Source: Puniceicoccaceae bacterium
Lineage (GTDB): Bacteria; Verrucomicrobiota; Verrucomicrobiia; Opitutales; Oceanipulchritudinaceae
DNA: 64,000 nt
Assembly: GCA_040830765.1 (NCBI GenBank)
Contig: JBFOMH010000007.1
Span: forward strand, 38,356-102,355
Direction: 5' to 3'
The notes under the pieces were generated by a model that saw nothing but the letters and a program-made list of their open reading frames with translations, did no database searches and was not told where the DNA came from. Position 1 is the stretch's first letter, and the number at the start of each line of letters is the position of its first letter. The position numbers were made by a program, and so were the translations under genes. Of the stretch, positions 18,766 through 28,370 are shown piece after piece.

Positions 18766-19947
18766 TTAGTTCTGAATAAGGCGGCTGACCTCCCGGGCGA
18801 TGACGAGTTCTTCGTTCGCCGGAATGACGGCCACCTTGATGGTGGAGTCGGCTGTGTTGATGAAGCCCTCCTTGCCGCGGACGGTGGACCGGTTGGCCTC
18901 GTCGTCGATACGGACCCCGAGGTCCTCCAGTCCGGCACAGACGCTGGCCCGGAGTTCAGGATTGTTTTCCCCGATACCGGCGGTGAAGGCGATTACCTCC
19001 AGGCCGCCCATCTTGAGGAAGAAGGAACCCGTCCAGTGGCGTATGCTGTCGATGAGCACGTCAATGGCGAGGTTGGCATCCGGATTGTCGTCATTCGCTG
19101 CGGCGAGGATGTCCCGCAGGTCATTGCTGATCCCGGACAACCCCAGCAGGCCGCTTTCCTTGGTCAACTGGCGCTCGGCTTCCTCGATGGAAAGTCCCAG
19201 CAACTTGCTGACATAGGGAACCGCCATCGAGTCGAGGTCGCCCACCCGGTTGTTCTGGGGCAGGCCGCTCTGCGGACTGAATCCCATGCTGGTACCGATG
19301 GCGACGCCGTTCTTGATGCCGGTAACCGAACTGCTTCCTCCCAGATGGCAGGAAATGGCCCGCAAAGGCGCTCCCGTGAACGGACTCGGCCCGTCAAGAT
19401 AGAGCCGGCGAGTGCGTTCGGCAACGTCTTCGCGGTCCAGCAATTCGGCGGTCCGTTCAGCGATGAACTTGTGACTGGCCCCGTGGAATCCATAACGCTG
19501 GATGCCCAGTTCCCGCCATGCCTTCGGGATGGCGTAGGTCCGGGCCGCTTCCGGAATCCACTGGTAGAAGGCGGTCTCGAATAGAGCCACCCGTGGCACC
19601 TCGGGAAGCATCCGCTGGAAACAGCGAATTCCCTCGGCATAGGCCGGATTGTGGGCCGGAGCCACTTCGGCAAAGCCTTCCAGCGCCGCGAGAACGCGGT
19701 CATCCGCCGGAACGCAACCACTGAGGTCCTTGCCCAAAACCGTCTTGAAACCAACGGCGGCCAACTCCTTTCCAGAGCTGATGATGCCGTCGCCAACCAG
19801 GTTCTCCAGCATCTCCTCGATGCAGGGACTGTACTCGGTCACACGCTCATAGCCGCCCTCGGCGAGCAACTCCGCAGAGGAATCGCCCATCTCGAAGAGA
19901 CGGTACTTGAACGAGGTCGAGCCCAGGTTGGCGACGAGTATCTTCAT
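18766..19947 (-). CDS. ackA: Acetate/propionate family kinase
   Basis: KILVANLGSTSFKY, APAHN, RYGFHGASH, CHLGGSSS, FTAGIGEN and IPANEEL motifs; start moved to the ATG at 19947. Confidence 0.9.
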   Translation of the reverse strand: MKILVANLGSTSFKYRLFEMGDSSAELLAEGGYERVTEYSPCIEEMLENLVGDGIISSGKELAAVGFKTVLGKDLSGCVPADDRVLAALEGFAEVAPAHNPAYAEGIRCFQRMLPEVPRVALFETAFYQWIPEAARTYAIPKAWRELGIQRYGFHGASHKFIAERTAELLDREDVAERTRRLYLDGPSPFTGAPLRAISCHLGGSSSVTGIKNGVAIGTSMGFSPQSGLPQNNRVGDLDSMAVPYVSKLLGLSIEEAERQLTKESGLLGLSGISNDLRDILAAANDDNPDANLAIDVLIDSIRHWTGSFFLKMGGLEVIAFTAGIGENNPELRASVCAGLEDLGVRIDDEANRSTVRGKEGFINTADSTIKVAVIPANEELVIAREVSRLIQN

Positions 19948-19948
19948 C

Positions 19949-20227
19949 CTAGCCAATCCATTTACCGAGGACACCAAGGTCGTCGTGCGGACGCGGGATG
20001 ACCTGCACCGCAATGACTTCGCCGATCTGCCCGGCTGCTTCCGCACCGGCTTCGACGCCCGCCTTGACGGCCGCAACATCACCGGTGAAAAAGCCGGTCA
20101 CGAGGCCGCTGCCGACCTTTTCCCAGCCGGTCATGGTGACATCAGCCGCCTTCAGGGCAGCGTCACTGGCCTCCATGAGGGTCACCAGTCCTTTACATTC
20201 AATAAGTCCTATAGCTTGTTTTGCCAT
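19949..20227 (-). CDS. BMC shell hexamer (BMC-H)
   Basis: AIGLIECKG, DAALKAADV, GDVAAVKA and VIPRPH motifs. Confidence 0.93.
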   Translation of the reverse strand: MAKQAIGLIECKGLVTLMEASDAALKAADVTMTGWEKVGSGLVTGFFTGDVAAVKAGVEAGAEAAGQIGEVIAVQVIPRPHDDLGVLGKWIG

Positions 20228-20251
20228 GATTGTAATCTCCCTTTCCTGGGT

Positions 20252-20515
20252 TTAGAAGAACTTCAGCAGGTCCTCATGCGGACGTGCCATGACGTGGGCG
20301 GCCACCAGCTCGCCAACACGGTTGGCTGCTTCGGCCCCAGCCTCGACGGCCGCCTTGACACTACCGACATCGCCTTTGACGAAGACGGTCAGCATTCCGG
20401 CACCGATCGGGACTTGCTTCACAAGGCTGACATTCGCCGCCTTGACCATGGCGTCACTGGCCTCAATGGATCCAGTGAGCCCCTTTGTTTCGATCAATCC
20501 AATGGATTCGCTCAT
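20252..20515 (-). CDS. BMC shell hexamer (BMC-H)
   Basis: [27 protein letters not shown] and HVMARPH motifs. Confidence 0.93.
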   Translation of the reverse strand: MSESIGLIETKGLTGSIEASDAMVKAANVSLVKQVPIGAGMLTVFVKGDVGSVKAAVEAGAEAANRVGELVAAHVMARPHEDLLKFF

Positions 20516-20556
20516 TTTATTATTTGGGTTGTTGTTATCGTGTTAATTTGTGGAAA

Positions 20557-21237
20557 CTACTTGACCAGTTCGCAGGGCACATCCGGGCCGAAGCCACAGC
20601 AATTCCCCTCGTCTGTGTCGATGTGTACCTCCAGCTTGAAGGATGGATCCACGCGGACAAAAATGCGGTCGAAGGTGACACCCAGGTCACCCCCGACCTT
20701 CAGCTTCATGAAACTCTTGTTCTCCACCCCGTAGTGGGCAGCGTCTTCCGGCGCCATGTGGACGTGCGGTGCCGCCCGGATGACCCCGTCTTCCATCTTC
20801 AGGAATCCGGCCGGCCCCATCAGCATGCAGCCCGGCGTCCCCTTGATGTCGCCGGAGTTGCGGATGGGAATGTTGAATCCGAGGGAAATGGCATCGGTGT
20901 AGGCCAGCTCAACCTGGTTGATATCCCGGCACGGTCCGAGGATGCGCAAATTGGAAATGACCCGGCTACGCGGGCCGATCAGAGTCACGGCCTCCTCCGC
21001 GGCATACTGTCCCTCCTGGTAAAGCCACTTTTTGGGAGTCAATTGATGCCCCTTGCCAAACAACGTCTCCACCGCTTCCTGGGTCAGGTGACAATGGCGC
21101 GCACTGATATTGACCACCAGGGGATTCGGGCCCGCTGCCTGTTTGGCCGGTTGTGGGCCCGCTTGCCGACGCAGGCTTTGACGCACAAGTTGCTCAATAT
21201 GAGCACGATCCAGAGGCAGTGTATTTGGGGAAGACAT
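20557..21237 (-). CDS. pduL: Phosphate propanoyltransferase (PduL)
   Basis: ISARHCHL, LYQEGQYA, RILGP, PHVHM and EVHIDTDEGN motifs. Confidence 0.92.
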   Translation of the reverse strand: MSSPNTLPLDRAHIEQLVRQSLRRQAGPQPAKQAAGPNPLVVNISARHCHLTQEAVETLFGKGHQLTPKKWLYQEGQYAAEEAVTLIGPRSRVISNLRILGPCRDINQVELAYTDAISLGFNIPIRNSGDIKGTPGCMLMGPAGFLKMEDGVIRAAPHVHMAPEDAAHYGVENKSFMKLKVGGDLGVTFDRIFVRVDPSFKLEVHIDTDEGNCCGFGPDVPCELVK

Positions 21238-21334
21238 TTGGAAAATCTTTATTTGACCCCTATTTCCGCGTTTAATTCCAAATTAGTCAACATTTTCTTG
21301 CCATAATTCACAGAATTTCCCAAATTTTCCAACA
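21238..21334. promoter_or_regulatory. AT-rich divergent promoter region with candidate DeoR operator direct repeats
   Basis: TTCCAAATTAGTCAACA (21276-21292) and TCCCAAATTTTCCAACA (21318-21334) lie between the divergent pduL and deoR genes. Confidence 0.45.
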
Positions 21335-22114
21335 ATGCTAGCCCAAGAGCGCCAACAACGCATCCTTACCCTCCTCGAGGAGCGCGGCACCGTCCGCACG
21401 ATTGACCTCGCGGAGGAGTTTGCGGTTACCGATGAGACAATCCGGCGCGACCTGCAATCCCTTGAGGAGAACCGCCAGTTGACCCGTATTCATGGCGGGG
21501 CCAGCACCGTCAGCGGCCGGCCCAAGCTTCAGTCCTTCACCGAGCGGCGCACCCTCGAGATCGGAAAGAAGCAGCTCATCGCCAAGGCGGCTATCGACTT
21601 AATTGAACCGGGCCAGACCTACGCTTTTGACAGCAGCACAACGGCCTTTGAGCTGGTTTCCATCCTGCCCGACCTCCCCTTCCGGGTCGTCACCAATGCC
21701 TATGCTGTCCTCGATCACCTGATCCGGATGGAGAATGTCGACCTTGTCTCGACCGGCGGGCGCTACGATCCCAAGACCCAGACCTTCATCGGTGGGGACA
21801 GCCACACCGCCCTGCGGCGTTACCAGGTACACACCGCCTTCATCTCCTGTATCGGACTGGATGTTGGACGCGGCGCCAGTGAGGGATTTGAACAGCAGGC
21901 GATATTCAAGGAAATCCTCGTCCAGATCGCCCAGCAGGTGGTCCTCCTCGTCGACTCATCCAAACTGGGCCATCACTCCGAATACTACTTTGCGGGATTG
22001 CACAACCTTTCCATGGTTATTACGGATAATGAAGCGGACCCTGCCATTGTTGACCAATTGCGCAACCTCGGCTGCATTGTCCGGATAGCTGAGCCACTTG
22101 AAGAAAACAAATGA
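21335..22114 (+). CDS. DeoR/GlpR family transcriptional regulator of the BMC locus
   Basis: ERQQRIL..VTDETIRRDL..RIHGGA HTH; FDSSTT, VVTNA and DSSK motifs. Confidence 0.92.
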   Translation: MLAQERQQRILTLLEERGTVRTIDLAEEFAVTDETIRRDLQSLEENRQLTRIHGGASTVSGRPKLQSFTERRTLEIGKKQLIAKAAIDLIEPGQTYAFDSSTTAFELVSILPDLPFRVVTNAYAVLDHLIRMENVDLVSTGGRYDPKTQTFIGGDSHTALRRYQVHTAFISCIGLDVGRGASEGFEQQAIFKEILVQIAQQVVLLVDSSKLGHHSEYYFAGLHNLSMVITDNEADPAIVDQLRNLGCIVRIAEPLEENK

Positions 22115-22884
22115 GCCTTCTCCATACGCCTCCAAACCGGGTCGCCGGCAAATCGGTCCAGATGATGACCACCTGCCTCTGCGATGCCTTTTACGCTGAC
22201 GTGGCCCGTGCCACCGTCGAGGTCCTCGATTACCTCGGCTGCGATATCGAGCTCCCCGACGGCCAGACCTGTTGCGGCCAACCCGCTTTCAACGCCGGTG
22301 ACTGGGATGCCTCCCGCAAGGTCGTGCGGCACACCGTCAAGACCTTCCCTGGCGACAAGCCGGTCATTGTCCCCTCCGGCTCCTGTGCCGCGATGATCTT
22401 CCACGGTGCCCTCCTGGCATTTGAAAAGGAAGAAGACTTGCCGGAAGTAAAAATCCTCAGCGAACGGACCTGGGAACTGGTCGATTACATTGTCAATGGA
22501 CTCGGAATCAATGAGTGGCCGGGCAAGTTCGAGGCCAAGGTCACTGTTCACCGCAGCTGCCACTTGCGCGGCTCCAATAGCGGGGACGCCATCATGGAAC
22601 TCTTGGGATCCATCGAGGGGCTGACGCTCCTGCCGATTGACGAGGTCGAGCAATGCTGCGGCTTCGGAGGGACCTTTGCAGTGTCCTTCCCCAACGTCTC
22701 CCGCGAGATGGGGCAACTCAAGGTTGAGAACCTCACAGAACCGGGTCCGGACGTGGTGGCTGCCGCCGACATGGGCTGCATGATGCACTTCGGAGGCATG
22801 ATGGAAAAGCAAGGCATCCAGACCACGCGCCTTCATGTTGCCCAAATTCTCCGCGACTCACTCAAAAACGCCGGATTGCTATGA
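22111..22884 (+). CDS. lutA: L-lactate utilisation protein A (CCG-domain Fe-S; LutA/LldE)
   Basis: TCLCD, QTCCGQP, SGSC, HRSCH, CCGFGGTF and DMGCMMH motifs. Confidence 0.88.
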   Translation: MSLLHTPPNRVAGKSVQMMTTCLCDAFYADVARATVEVLDYLGCDIELPDGQTCCGQPAFNAGDWDASRKVVRHTVKTFPGDKPVIVPSGSCAAMIFHGALLAFEKEEDLPEVKILSERTWELVDYIVNGLGINEWPGKFEAKVTVHRSCHLRGSNSGDAIMELLGSIEGLTLLPIDEVEQCCGFGGTFAVSFPNVSREMGQLKVENLTEPGPDVVAAADMGCMMHFGGMMEKQGIQTTRLHVAQILRDSLKNAGLL

Positions 22885-24284
22885 AGTCCCTGCAAGAAAT
22901 TGATGTAACCGCGCGCGACCTCAATGACGAGGTCCAGAAGTCCACTTATCTCGCCTCCAAGGCCAAGACCGAGAAACGCCTCGCCATCCTCGAGAACGAT
23001 TACCCGGATCCCGACAAGCTGAGGGAGACCGCAGGACTCATCAAGCAGCACACCTTGGAGCACCTCGACAAGTACCTTGCCCAGGCTGAAGCCAGCCTGA
23101 CTGATGCTGGCGCCCAGGTTCACTTTGCCGTCGATGCGGACGGCGCGAACGCCCGAGTCCTGCAAATCATGCAGGAGAACGGGGCCAAACGGATGGTCAA
23201 GAGCAAGAGCATGGTCACCGAGGAAACCCACCTCCTGCCCTACCTCGAGCAGAACGGCATGGAGGTCGTCGAGACCGACCTAGGTGAATTCATTGTCCAG
23301 ATCGACGGCGACCATCCCTCCCATATCGTCACCCCGATCATCCACAAGAACCGGCGCGACATCGCCAAGAGCTTTGAGCGCGAGGGACTTGGTGACTACA
23401 ATGACGATCCGGAGACCATTACCCGCCGCGCCCGGGCCCACTTGCGCCAGAAGTACCTTGATGCGGACGTCGGGCTGACCGGGGGCAACTTTGTCTCCGC
23501 CGAGTCCGGTCGCGTGGTCATTGTCACCAACGAGGGTAATGCCCGTTTTTCTGTAGCGGCGAATCGAATACACATCGCCATGATTGGGATTGAGAAGATC
23601 GTCCCCAGCGACCGCGACCTTTCCCTTTACCTGAATCTCCTCGCCCGTTCCTCCACCGGACAGCAATTCACGGTCTACAACCAGTTCATCAACGGGCCCC
23701 GCAGCGAGAACCAGCCGCACGGCCCGGAGCAATTTCACGTCATCTTTATCGACAACCGGCGCACGGAGGTCCTGGCCAGCGAGTGCCGGGAGATTCTCCG
23801 CTGCATCCGCTGTGGTGCCTGTCTCAATGTCTGTCCGGTCTTCCGGCAGGCCGGTGGACATGCTTACCGCAGCGTCTATCCGGGACCGGTCGGAGCGGTC
23901 CTCAGTCCCCTCCTCGCAGGGAACCGCTACCCGGAGCTGGCTGACCTGCCCAAGGCCTCCAGCCTGTGTGGGGCCTGCAACGAGGTTTGTCCGGTCAATA
24001 TTCCCATCCCCGATCTGCTTCTCCGCCTTCGCGACAAGGCCAAGAAGGAAAAGGCCTCCAAGGCAATGAAGGGTACCCCGGCCCTAGGGCTCTGGGCCAC
24101 CCTTTGTTCGCAGCCGGCGATGTGGAAGACGGCCCTGACGATGGGACACACCATGAACTACATTCCCACGGAGATGATCCCCCACCCGTCGGCCCGGGCA
24201 TGGCAGCATGCCCGCAAGCTGCCCAAGTTCCAGGGCGGCGAGTTCCGCAAGTGGTTCAAGCACCGTGAACTGACCAGCAAGTAA
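22881..24284 (+). CDS. lutB: L-lactate utilisation protein B (LutB/LldF)
   Basis: VKSKSMVTEE, ETDLGEFI, PSHIV, TNEGN, CIRCGACLNVCP and SSLCGACNEVCP motifs. Confidence 0.92.
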   Translation: MKSLQEIDVTARDLNDEVQKSTYLASKAKTEKRLAILENDYPDPDKLRETAGLIKQHTLEHLDKYLAQAEASLTDAGAQVHFAVDADGANARVLQIMQENGAKRMVKSKSMVTEETHLLPYLEQNGMEVVETDLGEFIVQIDGDHPSHIVTPIIHKNRRDIAKSFEREGLGDYNDDPETITRRARAHLRQKYLDADVGLTGGNFVSAESGRVVIVTNEGNARFSVAANRIHIAMIGIEKIVPSDRDLSLYLNLLARSSTGQQFTVYNQFINGPRSENQPHGPEQFHVIFIDNRRTEVLASECREILRCIRCGACLNVCPVFRQAGGHAYRSVYPGPVGAVLSPLLAGNRYPELADLPKASSLCGACNEVCPVNIPIPDLLLRLRDKAKKEKASKAMKGTPALGLWATLCSQPAMWKTALTMGHTMNYIPTEMIPHPSARAWQHARKLPKFQGGEFRKWFKHRELTSK

Positions 24285-24294
24285 GGATTTAATC

Positions 24295-24900
24295 ATGAGC
24301 AACGACAGGGAAACCATTTTCTCCTCCATCCAAAAAGCGCTTGAGCCCCTGCCGGAACGGACCGCGTATCCCGATTGGGATGATGACATGGTCATTCCCA
24401 GGTCCCTCCCGGAGACCAACACCGCCAAGGAGCTCTTTGCCCAAATACTGGTCGCCGCCAGCGGAAAGTATTTCGACGCTGTCACCGAGCTGATCGAGTT
24501 CATGATCCAGGAAGGCCATACCTTCGGGTACTGCGACCCAAGCCTCGCTCACCACCTTGAGAAACAGGAAGGTATCAGCTTCGATACCGAATACGACATG
24601 GCCAAGGTCGACGATTACCAGTTTGGCATCACCCGCGCCAGCGCCGCCATTGCCGAGACCGGCACCCTTATGCTCAGCGACAGCGACACTTCCGCCCGCC
24701 TCGGTGCCCTTGCCCCGTGGCTGCACATCGCTGTTGTCCTGGAAGAGGATATCGTCCCCACCGTCCTCGATGCCATTCACCGCTTCGGCGATGATCCCAA
24801 CATCATCTTTGCCACCGGTCCCTCCAAGACCGCTGACGTAGAGGGCATCCTTATTGAAGGCGTCCACGGTCCGGGAATCCAGGTGGCCTTGGTCATCTAA
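24295..24900 (+). CDS. lutC: L-lactate utilisation protein C (LutC/LldG, LUD domain)
   Basis: AIAETGTL and TGPSKTADVEGILIEGVHGP motifs. Confidence 0.88.
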   Translation: MSNDRETIFSSIQKALEPLPERTAYPDWDDDMVIPRSLPETNTAKELFAQILVAASGKYFDAVTELIEFMIQEGHTFGYCDPSLAHHLEKQEGISFDTEYDMAKVDDYQFGITRASAAIAETGTLMLSDSDTSARLGALAPWLHIAVVLEEDIVPTVLDAIHRFGDDPNIIFATGPSKTADVEGILIEGVHGPGIQVALVI

Positions 24901-24988
24901 CTGGTGCACCTACAATCGCCACTCCAGGCTTGAATCCTGCAGAAAGCGTTGTTCCTTTCCCGTTTGATCCAAACCAAGAACATTCATA

Positions 24989-25510
24989 ATGAGCAATCAA
25001 GGTCTCACTGATTATAACATCCTGGCAAGGGAGGACGGTTCCACATCCTATGTGGTTGTTGGCATGCAACGGGTTTTCCAGCACATCATGAAGTCGGAGG
25101 AGTTCGAGCAACGGTTCGAATCACTTGACCATGTGGTCAATGCCATCATGGAAACTGTCGATGATACCCGGAACCCAAGAGTGCACAGCACCTTACTGGC
25201 CTACACCAGGAATGAAGATAGCTCGGCAAAAACAGAAAGTCGGCATCTTGAAAAGAAAGTGTCCCGCAAGGAGGTTTTCGAGCATTTGCCAGAAGTCCTT
25301 AGAAGTTATATCCACGAGAGACTGCCCGGTTCCAATGTGACCACGATTTTGGAAAACGGTAACCTGGTCGGATACCGGACAATCAATCAGGAACTACCTT
25401 ACCTTGTTTCGGTTCTGCAGATTGCCGTCTCGGCAAGGAAACGGGGCAAGACATTTGATGCTGTCCTCCATCGGACCATGAGGGATGCCGAGCCCCCCAT
25501 TTCCTATTGA
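24989..25510 (+). CDS. Hypothetical protein
   Basis: A 173-aa ATG-started ORF that fills the gap; no motif recognised. Confidence 0.55.
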   Translation: MSNQGLTDYNILAREDGSTSYVVVGMQRVFQHIMKSEEFEQRFESLDHVVNAIMETVDDTRNPRVHSTLLAYTRNEDSSAKTESRHLEKKVSRKEVFEHLPEVLRSYIHERLPGSNVTTILENGNLVGYRTINQELPYLVSVLQIAVSARKRGKTFDAVLHRTMRDAEPPISY

Positions 25511-25521
25511 CCCCGCTTAGG

Positions 25522-25670
25522 TTCCCCGCGTTGAAACGCGGGCCTCACCTCTCCCGTCCCGTCGGGACGGGAATATCCATAAACCCGGGTTTTAACCCGG
25601 GGCCACCAATGCCGGTTACATCCCGTCCCATCGGGACGGGTTGATGTATAAACCCGGGTTTTAACCCGGG
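25522..25670. repeat. REP/REPIN-like palindrome units (A-B-C, then B-C)
   Basis: CCCGCGTTGAAACGCGGG, CCCGTCCCGTCGGGACGGG and CCCGGGTTTTAACCCGGG. Confidence 0.88.
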
Positions 25671-25775
25671 ACTGCCAACAATCCAAAATGACTAACACGT
25701 TGGCTTGAACAGTCCATGTAAGAAAAAGGGAATATTGATAAGTTGTTACCATCGAATGATCCGCAGAACTTAGTC

Positions 25776-26012
25776 ATGAGCCCGATTGCCACTGCCCTTT
25801 GCTTCCTGTCCTCCGCCGTAATTGTCCTGTCCTTCTTTTTTGCCGTGCGCTGCCTCTTTGTCCATGAAAGGCGCCTGGAGGCCTGGCGTTCAACGGTCAA
25901 GCACGTCATCTATGTCACGCGGAAGACTTTCAAGCGTATCGTTCTCGCACTTGGATGCCTCTCCCTGATGGTCTTTCTCGTGGCAACCTACTTCCAAATA
26001 GCCCCGCGTTAA
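25776..26012 (+). CDS. Small two-TM membrane protein between REP units
   Basis: Two hydrophobic segments flank a basic loop; the stop codon lies in a partial A palindrome. Confidence 0.5.
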   Translation: MSPIATALCFLSSAVIVLSFFFAVRCLFVHERRLEAWRSTVKHVIYVTRKTFKRIVLALGCLSLMVFLVATYFQIAPR

Positions 26013-26170
26013 AACAATTCCCGTCCCGATGGGACGGGTTTATTCAATAGGCCCGGGTTTTAACACGGGGTCACCAATACCGATTACATCCCCGCGTTGA
26101 AACGCGGGGCTCATCTCATCCCGTCCCGTCGGGACGGGAATATCCATAAACCAGGGTTTCAACCCGGGCC
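26002..26170. repeat. REP/REPIN-like palindrome units (partial A-B-C, then A-B-C) downstream of tnpA
   Basis: The same three palindromes as at 25522. Confidence 0.88.
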
Positions 26171-26185
26171 TATTTACCTGGGCCG

Positions 26186-26632
26186 CTAATCCCAAAGATA
26201 TCGCTCGTTGTATTCAACACCCGCCTTGTCCAAGAGATATGTATACTCACCCTTGAATGATTGGCGCCTGTGATGTTCCTCCTGATTCTGGATATACCGC
26301 TTGACCGAATTCAATGCTGAGGTGCTGACACTAAATGCGGCATATTCCTTCTGCCAGGCAAACCGCAATTCCAACAGGTGCGACTCGTTCAACCACCGCG
26401 ATGATCCTCCCTTGATGAGCTGCATAGCCCTGCTCAAAGGCATCGTTGCGGGAATCGAGAGGAGAATATGGACATGATCCTCAACACCACCAACTTCAAT
26501 TGCTTCCATGCCAACAGCTCTTGCGATCCCTCCCATGTAAGGCCACAAGTGTGAGCGGATCATTGGAGTCAGTAGCGGTTCACGGCGCTTTGTGCTGAAG
26601 ACACAATGGAAATGCGCACTGATGTAGGACAT
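26186..26632 (-). mobile_element. tnpA: IS200/IS605-family Y1 (HUH) transposase, REP-associated (RAYT-like)
   Basis: HFHCVFSTKRR, EDHVHIL (HUH), IKGGSS, WQKEY and YIQNQEEHH (catalytic Tyr); palindromic repeats on both sides; no tnpB. Confidence 0.9.
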
Positions 26633-26737
26633 TCCGGTATTCCCACAATACCGGTCTACCGGGACAATCCATTGGATTACCTGAAATTAACCAGCCCCGG
26701 ACGCAAACGCTACCATCCCGGATTCGAACGCAACCAT

Positions 26738-27017
26738 CCCCGCGTTGAAACGCGGGGCTAATCTCCCCCGTCCCATCGGGACGGGATTATACATAAACCC
26801 GGGTCATCAATGCCGATCCAACCACCCCCGCGTTGAAACGCGGGGCTAATCTCCCCCCGTCCCATCGGGACGGGATTATACATAAACCCGGGTTTCAACC
26901 CGGGTCATCGATGCCGATCAAACCTTCCCCGCGTTAAAACGCGGGGCTAACACATCCCGTCCCATCGGGACGGGTTGACGCAGAAACCCGGGTTTCAACC
27001 CGGGTCATCGGGACGGG
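26738..27017. repeat. Three tandem REP/REPIN-like units upstream of tnpA
   Basis: A-B-C units at about 26738, 26826 and 26927; C is half-deleted in the first unit. Confidence 0.9.
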
Positions 27018-27038
27018 ATGGCGTGTAGGCGCCCGGGT

Positions 27039-28277
27039 CTACCGCACCGCCAGCACGTCTTTTTCGTAGGTCTTGACGGCGTCAAGCAGGGCCGCCTCGC
27101 CTGGGACATCATTCCGCGAGCAGAATTCCTCCCAGACCACACTCCACGGGAGAGCCTTGTTCATCTCGAGAAGGGAAAGGCGGGTGGTGAAATCGCCGGC
27201 CAGTTCGGCCTCAAGAAGTTTTTCACGTGGCTCAAGCAACGCCATCAGGAGGCACTTCTGGGCGGAACGGGTCCCGATGGCCCAGGCGGCGATGCGGTTG
27301 ATGGAGGCATCGAAGAAGTCGAGCCCGATATGTGTCCGCGGGAGCGCGTCGCAGCGGACCAGCTCCTGCATGATGGCCTGGGTCTGGTCGTCGAGCAGGA
27401 CGACATGGTCGCTGTCCCAGCGGACCCCGCGGGAAACATGCAGCAGCAACTCCGGCACATACATGAGGACGGAAGAAATCTTGTCCGCGATGCTTTCAGT
27501 TGGGTGGAAGTGTCCGGCATCGAGACAGAGGGCCGTCTGGTTTTTGGCAGCATAGCCAAGATAGAACTCATGCGAGCCGACGACGTAGCTCTCCGAGCCA
27601 ATGCCGAACAGCTTGCACTCGACGGCATCGATGTTGTGGGCGGGATTTAATTTTTCCTCAAAAACGGCATCCAGGCTGGCTTCCAGTCGCTGGCGGTAGC
27701 CCAGCCGGTCGACCGGCTGGTCCTTCATTCCGTCCGGTATCCACACATTGGTAACGCAGGCGCTGCCGAGCTGCTCCCCGATGGCCGCCCCGATGGTGCG
27801 GCTGCGACGGCAGTGCTCGATCCAGAAATCGCGGATGCCGGCATCCGGGCTACTCAGGGTGAGGCCGTCATCCGCCTTGGAATGAGAGAAGCAGGACGGA
27901 TTGAAGTCCATCCCGAGCCCATTGGCCTTGCACCAGTCGATCCAGCCCTGGAAATGCTCCACCTCGATGGCATCGCGGTCGACCGTCTTGCCCCCGAAAT
28001 CGCCGTACATGGCATGGAGGTTCAGACGGTGATTACCCGGAAGGAGCGCGATTACCTGCTCAAGATCCTGACGTAGTTCAGCGATAGTCCGTGCCTTGCC
28101 AGGATAATTGCCGGTCACGGCGAGACCACTGCCGAGTTCTCCGTCACCGCCTTCAAAGCCACCCACATCGTCACCCTGCCAGCAATGCAGGGAAATAGGG
28201 GTAGCGGATAAAACTTCAAGGGCCTGTTCGGTGTCGACGCCGAGTTCGGCATAGAGGGATTTTACCTGTTCGTACAT
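27039..28277 (-). CDS. rhaA: L-rhamnose isomerase
   Basis: [60 protein letters not shown] and [11 protein letters not shown] motifs; start moved to MYEQ. Confidence 0.95.
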   Translation of the reverse strand: MYEQVKSLYAELGVDTEQALEVLSATPISLHCWQGDDVGGFEGGDGELGSGLAVTGNYPGKARTIAELRQDLEQVIALLPGNHRLNLHAMYGDFGGKTVDRDAIEVEHFQGWIDWCKANGLGMDFNPSCFSHSKADDGLTLSSPDAGIRDFWIEHCRRSRTIGAAIGEQLGSACVTNVWIPDGMKDQPVDRLGYRQRLEASLDAVFEEKLNPAHNIDAVECKLFGIGSESYVVGSHEFYLGYAAKNQTALCLDAGHFHPTESIADKISSVLMYVPELLLHVSRGVRWDSDHVVLLDDQTQAIMQELVRCDALPRTHIGLDFFDASINRIAAWAIGTRSAQKCLLMALLEPREKLLEAELAGDFTTRLSLLEMNKALPWSVVWEEFCSRNDVPGEAALLDAVKTYEKDVLAVR

Positions 28278-28370
28278 GCTGGAGATTATAGACTTCGCCC
28301 CAGAAACCGTGAATGGACAGCCTGACAAAATATTTGCACTTTTTGACATCCACATGAAGATGAGCCGAAC

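Noticed and set aside
26186..26632. IS605/TnpB (OMEGA) RNA-guided system
   Set aside because: There is no tnpB or iscB ORF next to tnpA; the flanks are repeat arrays.
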